Positions 36,516 to 45,228 of a stretch of DNA of 64,000 bases are shown in pieces (the stretch's first letter is position 1; every line of letters begins with the position of its first letter). The notes below the pieces were generated by a model, which had not been told where the DNA came from, made no database searches, and worked only from the letters and a program-made list of their open reading frames with translations. Where the stretch lies: NCBI GenBank assembly GCA_964597575.1, contig CAZQXB010000001.1, positions 338,111-402,110 of the forward strand, given 5' to 3'. A program made the translations under genes and the position numbers. The stretch comes from an uncultured Gammaproteobacteria bacterium (GTDB lineage Bacteria; Patescibacteriota; Patescibacteriia; Magasanikbacterales; UBA922).

Positions 36516-38594
36516 TTAGAAGCTGAACATCGACACGGTGTTATTTTCGAGAACATAAATTGTTCTCTTTGTCTCGTCAACAACCATGCCGGTTGGTTCC
36601 TTCCACGCATCGGCCACGTATTGTGCTTTCATAACCCCATTCTTATCAAGAACGACCACTCGTGCATTTTTTGTATCGAGGACGTAGATATTGCTCAGGT
36701 CCGTATAGGTCCAAATCAATCCACTGCCTGATAAAACAGGGTCGACATCTTGAAGAGAAAAGGCCTGTTCGATTCCGGCAGAAAATTTCCTTATTTTTCC
36801 GGTAGTCTCCATGATAAAAATATCTCCGTCAATCGTAAACGAGTTTGCGTTCGTCAATGGCTCATTCAACTGTTTTACCCAAGTTGTCCCTTTGTCATAG
36901 CCGGCCTGAGTTTTGTTGTGTCGATATATTTGGTTCGTTTCAGTATCAAGTGCGTATAGACGTTGATTATATACCGCCACGTCAACTAAACTTTTTTCTG
37001 GCGCACCGCTCGCAATTTCCACAAGCGCGACAGTACCACTTTCTTTATCGTAATTGGCGAGTCGGTTATTTTCCGCGATAAAGAGAATATTTTCTCCTTC
37101 TTTTGGTACGTAGTGTTTTTTGAGTCCCTTTACAACGCCAATATCCTTTCTTGTGATGGCCTTACTGCTCATGTCAACCATATGCAGGGCAGTGTCGTTT
37201 GGCCCGTAAGCAATGAGTGTGTTTTGAAGCCGGGCCAGAAGAGTTACGTTCGTTTCTGGTCGATCAGTAGTAAGTTTTGCCACAAGTGTTGGAGAGACTT
37301 TGGTCACGTTTCGTAACCGTTCACGCTGTGCAGCCACCCGTTCCAAAAGTTCTGTTCGTTTTGCTTTCTTCTCTCCTGGATCGTCGGGTAAGTTTTGGGC
37401 CATGGTGTCGGCCTCCCCAATGAGCGCAAGTGCTTTGGCTTTATCATTATAAATCGCACTTGCTTCTGCTGCGGTTATTTTGTCGGTAATTGCCTGAACC
37501 GTATCAAGATACGTTTGTGCCACTTGTTCTCGTTCGGCTCGAATGCGATTCACGAAAACAGTCCCTGCAAAGATTGCCAGCAAAAGAATCATGACAATCG
37601 CTAAAATTTTGGTGGTGATAGGGAGGTTGAGAAGATATTGCCTTTTTTCTTCAACGGTATGCGACATGCTTTCAAGGACACTTTCGCGTTGTCCGCCCCA
37701 ATTGGTAATGATAAGAACCCCGCCAAAGAGTAGCTTTCCTGTACCGATAAGGAGCCCCTTGATAAGTTTGGCGAATCCGACCACGATTCTGGCCATGGCG
37801 ACACCAAAACCAGAAAGAATATCTCCGCGAGGTGGTACATCCCGTGTCCGTTTTTGAGGACGAGACATCATTTCCACTTCTTCTGGCTCTTCAATGCCAT
37901 CATCTGTGACAGGAGCTCCCACTCCTTTATTCCCAAGTGTTTCCTCCATTTGTAAAAGAACCCCGCCAAACCCAAGACCGCTGTCCATGTTCTCGAGTGT
38001 TTCTTGGATATTTGCGGCTGCCACTCTCGGTGGTTTTTTTGCAAGCATTTTTTTCATGCGTTCTGGCGGAATATAGTCTGCGGTTCGAGGAGTGACAGCG
38101 TAGAGTATGTCGCCCTTTCCTACCTCGCCTTGCATGATGGCTGGAAAAAGTTGTGTGCCACTCGTGTCAGCGTCGCCAAGAGTGATGTCTTCGAGCTCAT
38201 CATTTTTGCTGTAAAGAAGATGGATGGCGTGTTCTCCGTGGGTGGCAAAAAGAAGGGACTGCCCTGAAATGGCGCCAACAACAATCGAGAGGCGGACTTT
38301 ACGATCGAGAATAAGGTGGTGGCTACGGCGATTGACATATTCAACCGCAAGTTCAAAAGGATGTTTCTCGCCATCGGTTGGAAGAGTGTAATATTGTTTC
38401 TCAAGAGTAGAGATAAGTTCCTGGCATGCTTCAATTGTTTCGGTGGTGCCGTGATCCACTTCAATCACGGCAAAAAAGTAACCATGAGCAAGTTCACGAG
38501 CGGTTGAGGGTTCACTTACGTGAAGAAGAACGTGCAAACGCTCAGAGTCGTTTCCTGATACGAAAAATTCATGAAGGTCAATTCGAGGTGGCAT
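36516..38594 (-). CDS. membrane protein with an N-terminal PP2C/SpoIIE-like phosphatase-like domain and a C-terminal extracytoplasmic domain
   Basis: The N-terminal roughly 250 aa resemble PPM-type phosphatases (FFAVIEVDHG…SIVVGAISGQSLLFATHGEHAIHLLYS…DILYAVTPRT). A TM helix (ILAIVMILLLAIFAGTVFV) is followed by a C-terminal region of about 350 aa that is probably beta-rich. Confidence 0.6.
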   Translation of the reverse strand: MPPRIDLHEFFVSGNDSERLHVLLHVSEPSTARELAHGYFFAVIEVDHGTTETIEACQELISTLEKQYYTLPTDGEKHPFELAVEYVNRRSHHLILDRKVRLSIVVGAISGQSLLFATHGEHAIHLLYSKNDELEDITLGDADTSGTQLFPAIMQGEVGKGDILYAVTPRTADYIPPERMKKMLAKKPPRVAAANIQETLENMDSGLGFGGVLLQMEETLGNKGVGAPVTDDGIEEPEEVEMMSRPQKRTRDVPPRGDILSGFGVAMARIVVGFAKLIKGLLIGTGKLLFGGVLIITNWGGQRESVLESMSHTVEEKRQYLLNLPITTKILAIVMILLLAIFAGTVFVNRIRAEREQVAQTYLDTVQAITDKITAAEASAIYNDKAKALALIGEADTMAQNLPDDPGEKKAKRTELLERVAAQRERLRNVTKVSPTLVAKLTTDRPETNVTLLARLQNTLIAYGPNDTALHMVDMSSKAITRKDIGVVKGLKKHYVPKEGENILFIAENNRLANYDKESGTVALVEIASGAPEKSLVDVAVYNQRLYALDTETNQIYRHNKTQAGYDKGTTWVKQLNEPLTNANSFTIDGDIFIMETTGKIRKFSAGIEQAFSLQDVDPVLSGSGLIWTYTDLSNIYVLDTKNARVVVLDKNGVMKAQYVADAWKEPTGMVVDETKRTIYVLENNTVSMFSF

Positions 38595-38684
38595 ACGGTT
38601 TGTTCTACTTTGACATCAGTTCACCGCTTCATTATACTACGCGTACATGGCCCAAGGCAAATAGGGGACTGGGCTTTAAAAGAT

Positions 38685-39287
38685 ATGCTTGAACACCTCT
38701 TTGGTTCAAAGACGCGAGTGAAATTATTACGTTTTCTTTTCCGGCACGAATTTGAGGCGTTTTATGTTCGCGAACTTGCACGCCTTCTTGAAACTCAAAT
38801 GAATGCTATTCGGCGAGAAATCGCCATCTTAGCATTGGCCGGGCTTGTGAATGAAGTAGAAGCACCAGGGCATGCGAAAGATGAGCCCGGAGCCGGAGTC
38901 GATCGGAGAAAATATGTGCAACTGAATACAGCTTCACCGCTCTATCCAGAGCTTCAGTCACTTATGATGAAGGCTCGACTTCTCGAGGAACAGCAATTTG
39001 TAGAAGAGTTGAAAACACGCGCAGGAGATTTAAAACTCCTTATGCTGACCGGGCGATTCACCGGGGCGCTTCAAGCACAAACAGACATGCTTCTTATTGG
39101 CGCAGTGAAAGAGCGAGCCTTGGCCGAACTTATTGCACATTACGAAAAGGAGCTTGGTTTTGATATCCGTTATACGGTTATGGCCGAAAAAGAATTCTGG
39201 GATCGACGCCATGTAATGGATAAGTTCATCTACACCTTATTCGAAGGAAAGCATGTCATGGTTTTGAACACACTTAATGTTCGTTAG
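38685..39287 (+). CDS. winged-helix transcriptional regulator-like protein
   Basis: An N-terminal wHTH (KTRVKLLRFLFRHEFEAFYVRELARLLETQMNAIRREIAILALAGLV) is followed by a C-terminal domain of unknown function. The start is an internal Met of the track ORF. Confidence 0.5.
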   Translation: MLEHLFGSKTRVKLLRFLFRHEFEAFYVRELARLLETQMNAIRREIAILALAGLVNEVEAPGHAKDEPGAGVDRRKYVQLNTASPLYPELQSLMMKARLLEEQQFVEELKTRAGDLKLLMLTGRFTGALQAQTDMLLIGAVKERALAELIAHYEKELGFDIRYTVMAEKEFWDRRHVMDKFIYTLFEGKHVMVLNTLNVR

Positions 39288-39289
39288 GT

Positions 39290-39688
39290 ATGATACTGGT
39301 TCTTTCCCCGGAAGATGGTCGTGCTCTGTCTGTTCTCTCTGTATCTGAAAAAGATGGGGAAGAGGGGCTTTTGACATTTACGAAAACAGTGGATACGCAT
39401 AGCTCATGGCTCTCTGTAGTCCACGAAGCGCTTCAGTCATTTGGGGTTGAACTAAAAGATATTACCGCAGTCGTTGTGGTTTCTGGTGCCACGAGTTTTA
39501 CCGGCAGTCGGGTGGCATATACTATTTCGAACACGCTGGCTTATGCACTTTCTGTTCCGATTGCTGAAATATCAAAAGAACAGTGTACTGAATCCGAAAT
39601 ACGCCAAACGGTAAAAGGAGCATCTCTTCACACCTACGTTTTACCTCAGTACACGAGCGAGCCAAATATTGGACGTGTCTCTCTTTAG
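39290..39688 (+). CDS. tsaB: short TsaB/YeaZ-like protein (N-terminal Kae1/TsaB fold only)
   Basis: MILVLSPEDGRALSVLSV…ITAVVVVSGATSFTGSRVAYTISNTLAYALSVPI matches the TsaB N-terminal half. At 132 aa it is short, and it overlaps the next gene by 20 nt. Confidence 0.5.
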   Translation: MILVLSPEDGRALSVLSVSEKDGEEGLLTFTKTVDTHSSWLSVVHEALQSFGVELKDITAVVVVSGATSFTGSRVAYTISNTLAYALSVPIAEISKEQCTESEIRQTVKGASLHTYVLPQYTSEPNIGRVSL

Positions 39689-41195
39689 ATCTATGCTTAC
39701 CCCGTACGGACGCTATCGTTTGTACGAGATCCTTCCCGGACTCTCAATTTGGGCAACACTGATTGGGGCTTTTGTGCTTTCCGCTCTGTTTCCGCTCGCC
39801 ATGATTTATGCCATTATTCTGTTTGACATTTACTGGGTACTGAAAGTATTTCATTATTCTTTCTACTTACTCGTGGCTTGGCGCCGGTTTCATATTGTCC
39901 GGCATGTTGATTGGGAAACAAAATTAAAGCAGGAAATTCCGGCCTGGAAAACGAAAAAGCATCTTATCTTTCTTACTCTTTATAATGAATCATGGGATGT
40001 GGTCGAAACGGCACTCGCAAGTATTGCAACCGCGGTATACGACCCTTCTGTTTTTACGATTGTGGTCTGTGGGGAGGCGCGTACGGCTGAACATTATCAT
40101 GATATTTTTCCTAAAATAAAAAATCGTTTTGCCGGAGCATTTGCAGATATTGTCGGTACGCTTCACCCGACAGACTTGCCCGACGAGATTCCGGGAAAAG
40201 GGTCGAACTTGCATTATGCAGAAGGGCAGATGGTTTCGTACGTCGAAAAGAAAAAGTGGAATCCAGATGATGTGATCGTAACCATTTTTGATATTGATAC
40301 CGTGTGTCACGGTTCATACTTTGCGTACCTTACTTATATCTACTGTACTCACCCTAATCCAACTCGAAGTTCGTATCAGCCGGTGGCGCTTTATAATAAT
40401 AATATGTGGGAGTCTCCGGCCATGCTTCGGCTTATGGCGTTCGGAACCACCTTTTGGCTCATGACGGCGCTGGCTCGCCAAGATTCGCTCGTTACTTTTT
40501 CATCGCATTCCATGAGCTGGCGAGCCATTCTTGATGCCGGATTTCACGATAAAAGAATTGTGAGTGAGGATTCTCGTATTTTTTATCAGTGCTATTTAGC
40601 CTATGATGGAAAGTATGAAGTAACACCGCTCTATATTCCGGTATCAATGGACACGGTGCGCGATGATCGCTGGTGGCAAAGCATGGTGAATTTGTATAAA
40701 CAGCAGCGTCGTTGGGCGTGGGGGACTGAACACATTCCGTTTCTTTTGTATGAATTCAAGAAAAAAGGAAACCGCATTCCGTGGTACAGTAAGGTAAAAT
40801 GGCTTTTTATGGAGTGGGAAGGAAAATGGTCTTGGTGCACTGTTGCGCTTTTGATTACCGTGCTCGGGCGGCTCCCACTTTACCTGGCCCCAGAGTCCGT
40901 TCGTCAGAGTGCTCTCTATTTTAATGCGCCGACCATTCTTGAGACACTCATGACGTTAGCCATGGTTGGGCTCTTATTGTCGGCGGTTTGCAGTTTTCCA
41001 CTTCTGCCTAAAAAACCAGCATCGCACCCGCGCCATGCCTATGTTATGATGGTCGTACAGTGGTTACTCCTCCCATTTTCTCTTATTTTTGTGAGCGCCA
41101 TTCCCGCGATTGATGCGGTAACGCATCTGATGCGAGGAAAATATCTCGGGTTTAATGTTTCTCAAAAGAAGCGCCAAACTCCAAATTCTCTATGA
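39669..41195 (+). CDS. membrane-bound family-2 glycosyltransferase (cellulose/hyaluronan-synthase-like, processive type)
   Basis: TM helices flank a GT-A domain with DID and the Q(Q/R)xRW motif (QQRRWAWG), plus C-terminal TM helices. Confidence 0.75.
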   Translation: MDVSLFRSMLTPYGRYRLYEILPGLSIWATLIGAFVLSALFPLAMIYAIILFDIYWVLKVFHYSFYLLVAWRRFHIVRHVDWETKLKQEIPAWKTKKHLIFLTLYNESWDVVETALASIATAVYDPSVFTIVVCGEARTAEHYHDIFPKIKNRFAGAFADIVGTLHPTDLPDEIPGKGSNLHYAEGQMVSYVEKKKWNPDDVIVTIFDIDTVCHGSYFAYLTYIYCTHPNPTRSSYQPVALYNNNMWESPAMLRLMAFGTTFWLMTALARQDSLVTFSSHSMSWRAILDAGFHDKRIVSEDSRIFYQCYLAYDGKYEVTPLYIPVSMDTVRDDRWWQSMVNLYKQQRRWAWGTEHIPFLLYEFKKKGNRIPWYSKVKWLFMEWEGKWSWCTVALLITVLGRLPLYLAPESVRQSALYFNAPTILETLMTLAMVGLLLSAVCSFPLLPKKPASHPRHAYVMMVVQWLLLPFSLIFVSAIPAIDAVTHLMRGKYLGFNVSQKKRQTPNSL

Positions 41196-42697
41196 CGTTT
41201 TTGCATGAGCCAAAACAAAAACATCGAGGACGCTTCATTCTTATTGGCTGTGCCGTGTTGTTTTTTTTACTTCTCCTTGCCGGCCTCGTACTCCTGTTTT
41301 TGTGGAAGGCGGGCAAGATTCATGTTCCAGAAAAAGTAGTGCAAAGTACGGCTGAGGCAGTGGTCAAAAGACTTCAAGAACGATCACCTTCTTCAACTAT
41401 TTTCGCGGCCGAAGATGTGCCGCTTCTTCTCGGATTCCGTGAGCCAAAAACCTACTTGCTTCTTTTAGAAAATAATACTGAATTGCGGCCAGGTGGGGGT
41501 TTTATTGGTTCCTATGCCGTGGTCACGCTCGATAGTGGTCGACTCACCGTTGATACGATTGAAGGGTCCGAGCATGTAGATCGAGCAACGACCCCTGGTT
41601 CAAGTGTTCCTCCAGAACCATTGAAACAGTACCTTGGTGTTCCAGCTTGGTATTTTCGTGATGCGAATTGGTCGCCAGATTTTGCCGAAGGGGTGGCCGA
41701 GGTATTACGCGCGTATCGTCGAGCCGGAGGAGCAAAAGCTTCTGAAATTGATGCGGTATTTGCCATTACCCCAACGGTGCTTGAGGGGCTGCTCCGTTTA
41801 ACCGGTCCGCTTACGGTTGAGGGGAGTGTTTTTTCGGCAGAAACCGTCACACAAAAATTGCAATATGAAGTAGAGTACGCGTATGTGGATCGCGGTCTTA
41901 CTGCGAGCGAACGAAAAAATATCCTTTCTCCTTTTTTTACGGTTTTGGTTCGAGCAGTTGCACGAGATGCGTTTTTACGTCCGACAGAATATCTTGATTT
42001 AGGAAAACGGCTCGTGGAGGAAAAACAGATTATGGCGGTTTCGTCTGATCATACGATTGCAGAAATTATTGAGCGTGAAGGTGCGGGTGGACGAGTTTCA
42101 ACTTCAACTTATGGAGATTATGTTCTTTGGGTAGATGCGAATTTGGGGGCGCTCAAAACGGATCACGCCATGCGTCGTCGCTTAACGTATGAAATTATTC
42201 CAGAAAAAAATGGCTACAAGGCAACGGTGCGAATGGCGTATCGGCACACAGGGACGTTTGATTGGCGAACCACGAGATATCAAACGTACGCACGAGTGTT
42301 TGTGCCAAAAGGCGCCATCTTTTCTGGGGTCGAAGGAGTACATCGCAATGGTCGGCTGATTGCGCGAAATGATGTTGCCGTCGGTGAAGAATTAGGTAAG
42401 GTGTGGTACGGTTTGTTTTTTAGTGTAGAGCCTGGGGAAACAAAAGAACTGTCTTTTTCCTATGTCTTACCACCACAACTTGTTGAAGATATAAAAAATG
42501 GCACATACGATCTTCAGGTCCAAAAACAATTAGGGGTCGTTCCGTACAGTTTGACGCTCGCTCTTGATTTTGGTACTAGTATCCTACAGGCATCTCCACC
42601 TGAAGATCCAAAAGAATGGGGAAATTCGGTCTACACCTTTCAGGGTATGTTCCCTCGAGATATGTTTTTTCATGTGATGGCGGCGCCTCGTGAATAA
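41192..42697 (+). CDS. membrane-anchored extracytoplasmic protein (DUF4012-like) partnered with the GT2
   Basis: An N-terminal TM helix (FILIGCAVLFFLLLLAGLVLLFLW) precedes a large soluble domain. It overlaps the GT2 stop by 4 nt. Confidence 0.5.
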   Translation: MTFLHEPKQKHRGRFILIGCAVLFFLLLLAGLVLLFLWKAGKIHVPEKVVQSTAEAVVKRLQERSPSSTIFAAEDVPLLLGFREPKTYLLLLENNTELRPGGGFIGSYAVVTLDSGRLTVDTIEGSEHVDRATTPGSSVPPEPLKQYLGVPAWYFRDANWSPDFAEGVAEVLRAYRRAGGAKASEIDAVFAITPTVLEGLLRLTGPLTVEGSVFSAETVTQKLQYEVEYAYVDRGLTASERKNILSPFFTVLVRAVARDAFLRPTEYLDLGKRLVEEKQIMAVSSDHTIAEIIEREGAGGRVSTSTYGDYVLWVDANLGALKTDHAMRRRLTYEIIPEKNGYKATVRMAYRHTGTFDWRTTRYQTYARVFVPKGAIFSGVEGVHRNGRLIARNDVAVGEELGKVWYGLFFSVEPGETKELSFSYVLPPQLVEDIKNGTYDLQVQKQLGVVPYSLTLALDFGTSILQASPPEDPKEWGNSVYTFQGMFPRDMFFHVMAAPRE

Positions 42698-42703
42698 TGT
42701 TGT

Positions 42704-43711
42704 ATGTTTATTAAAAAAGTTGGCATCGACCTTGGTACCACCAATGTTCTCGTGCATATCCCGAAGCGCGGCATTGTGATTAACGAACCTTCCGTGGTTG
42801 CCATTAGTCGAGTTGACGGAAAAGTGCTCGCTGTTGGAGCAGAGGCAAAAGACATGATCGGCCGCACGCCTGATAGTATTATCGCGGAGCGACCCCTCAA
42901 AGACGGGGTTATTGCCAATTACCGTACGACCGAAGCCATGCTTCGTTATTTTATTAACAAAGCGATTGGGGGATTTCGTTTGTTTCGCCCGGAAGTGATG
43001 ATTGCGGTGCCTGCCGGTATCACGTCAACAGAACGTCGTGCTGTTATTGATGCGGCACTCGCCGCCGGGGCCCGGGCAGCATACATTATTAAAGAACCGA
43101 TCGTGGCGGCTATCGGAGCTGATATTCCGATTGGCTCGGCCTCAGGGCACATGATTATCGATATCGGCGGAGGAACTGCTGAAATTGCGGTTATTTCACT
43201 CGGAGGCATTGTTTCGTGGGGTTCGGTTCGCATTGGCGGTACGCGTTTTGACGCCTCGATTGCCGAGTATATTCGTCGTAAGTACGGCTTAGCTATTGGT
43301 GAGCGCACGTCGGAAGACGTGAAAATTACGATTGGTTCGGCCATGTTTATGAATAAACCGCTCACGATGGAGGTGAAAGGGCGCGACATGATTACGGGTC
43401 TTCCGCGCACTATGACGATTACAAGTGACGACACGACCGAGGCATTGCAACAAGATTTGGAAGGGTTGATTGAAGCGGTAAAAAAAGTACTCCACGATAC
43501 TCCTCCTGAACTTTCAGCAGATGTGATGGATAAAGGAATTATGATGTCCGGAGGTTCGTCCCAGCTCCGTAATCTTGATGAACTTATTTCGCAGTCAACC
43601 GGGGTGCCATGCTATGTTGCTGATGAACCCCTTCTGTGTGTAGTGAAGGGAACGGGGATTGCGCTTGAAAATTTGGATGCGTATAAACGCAGTGTTTTGG
43701 CTACGCGCTAA
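42704..43711 (+). CDS. mreB: rod-shape-determining protein MreB
   Basis: VGIDLGTTNVLVHIPKRGIVINEPSVVA…, an actin-like ATPase of 335 aa. Confidence 0.9.
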   Translation: MFIKKVGIDLGTTNVLVHIPKRGIVINEPSVVAISRVDGKVLAVGAEAKDMIGRTPDSIIAERPLKDGVIANYRTTEAMLRYFINKAIGGFRLFRPEVMIAVPAGITSTERRAVIDAALAAGARAAYIIKEPIVAAIGADIPIGSASGHMIIDIGGGTAEIAVISLGGIVSWGSVRIGGTRFDASIAEYIRRKYGLAIGERTSEDVKITIGSAMFMNKPLTMEVKGRDMITGLPRTMTITSDDTTEALQQDLEGLIEAVKKVLHDTPPELSADVMDKGIMMSGGSSQLRNLDELISQSTGVPCYVADEPLLCVVKGTGIALENLDAYKRSVLATR

Positions 43712-43712
43712 T

Positions 43713-44036
43713 ATGGACCTTCAAGAACTGCAAAAGCTTCAAGAAGCGTATGATGCAAAATATTACGATGCGCGGCATGCCGTCGATGAACTATCATGCG
43801 TTCGCCATGTTACTCTTCATCTGGGAAAATTGCTCGGTAAAATTTCTGGGTTTATTGAGGTGAAAGAGCACGGAACAGAAAGTTCCTCTCGTGCGGTTCA
43901 AACAGAAGTGATTCCTGACCTTCTTTTTTGGGCACTTCATTTGGCAAATCGATATCACCTTAATTTGGAAGAGGTGTACCAAAATCGTCTTAGTCAAAAT
44001 AAAGAAAGAATTGAGAGTCAGAAAAAGGATGTATAG
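43713..44036 (+). CDS. MazG-like nucleotide pyrophosphohydrolase domain protein
   Basis: The roughly 107-aa protein has a helical EExxE-type arrangement (…LLFWALHLANRYHLNLEEVY…). The start was taken at MDLQELQ. Confidence 0.55.
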   Translation: MDLQELQKLQEAYDAKYYDARHAVDELSCVRHVTLHLGKLLGKISGFIEVKEHGTESSSRAVQTEVIPDLLFWALHLANRYHLNLEEVYQNRLSQNKERIESQKKDV

Positions 44037-44042
44037 AAATAT

Positions 44043-45164
44043 ATGATCATCGGCATTGATGCCTCACGCGCCAATCACGACAAAAAAACGGGCGTGGAAT
44101 GGTATACGTGGCACATGATAGAAGAATTAAAAACACTCGTTCCAAATACCGACCGAGTTGTTTTGTATTCTGATACACCCCTTACGGGTGATATCGCCAA
44201 GCTCCCTCCGCATTGGGAGAGCCGAGTATTAGGGTGGCCTCCAAAAAAAAGATGGACACAAATTCGTTTCTCTTGGGAAATGTTTCGACGTCCACCTGAC
44301 GTATTATTTGTTCCGGCTCATGTTCTTCCTTTGATCCATCCTAAAAAAACCGTGCTTACCATTCACGATGTTGCTGGAGCCTATTTTCCGAAAGCATATA
44401 GTCGGTTTGAGCGCTGGTACAGTGTCTGGTCGGCGACGTTCGCTTTGCGAAAACAAGCCCAGGTTATTGTGCCAACAGAGCATGTCCGATCTGACCTGAT
44501 TCGGCTCACAAAAAAACCTGAACGAGTTGGGCAGATCACTGTCGTTCCTCACGGAGTTGATCCGTCTTTTGGTGTTCCTCATTCCGAAGAAGAAAAGAAA
44601 CGCGTTCGCTCAACCTATCATCTTCCAGAAACATATATTTTATTTGCCGGTCGATTAGAGGAAAAGAAAAATGTCGCTGGGCTTATTCGTGTCTATAATG
44701 CGTTTCGTCAAAAGTATCCAGAGCAAAAAGAAGCTTTGGTGCTCATTGGAAAACCCGGGTTCGGATACGATGCTGTGAAAAAAGAAATAGATCATTCGCC
44801 ATTTAAAAAAGATATTTTTGAATTGGGTTGGGTCAGTGCCGAGGATCTACCAGTACTATTTCAAGCAACACGAGCCTTTGTTTTTCTCAGCTGGTACGAA
44901 GGTTTTGGTATTCCGCTTCTTGAGGCATTTCAGTCTGGGGTCCCCGTGCTTTCATCGAATCGATCGTGTTTGCCTGAGGTTGGAGGGGAGGCATGCGTGT
45001 TTATTGACCCAAAAGACGAAGGGTGTGCTGTTGACAGCCTCTATACACTCCTGACTTCAGAAGAGATGAGGCAAAAATATACACAGGCAGGTTTTTCGAG
45101 AGTCCGAGAGTTTGACTGGAAAAAATCGGCAATGCAAACCCTTCGTGTTATTCGTTCGGCATAG
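44043..45164 (+). CDS. family-4 (GT-B) glycosyltransferase
   Basis: ILFAGRLEEKKNV…EGFGIPLLEAFQSGVPVLSSNRSCLPEVGGEA. Confidence 0.8.
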   Translation: MIIGIDASRANHDKKTGVEWYTWHMIEELKTLVPNTDRVVLYSDTPLTGDIAKLPPHWESRVLGWPPKKRWTQIRFSWEMFRRPPDVLFVPAHVLPLIHPKKTVLTIHDVAGAYFPKAYSRFERWYSVWSATFALRKQAQVIVPTEHVRSDLIRLTKKPERVGQITVVPHGVDPSFGVPHSEEEKKRVRSTYHLPETYILFAGRLEEKKNVAGLIRVYNAFRQKYPEQKEALVLIGKPGFGYDAVKKEIDHSPFKKDIFELGWVSAEDLPVLFQATRAFVFLSWYEGFGIPLLEAFQSGVPVLSSNRSCLPEVGGEACVFIDPKDEGCAVDSLYTLLTSEEMRQKYTQAGFSRVREFDWKKSAMQTLRVIRSA

Positions 45165-45228
45165 GGGCCCTCGACGTTTTTCCATTTCCACGCTACCCTA
45201 GGAAAGGAGGAGTATTCTTGTTGTTTTT

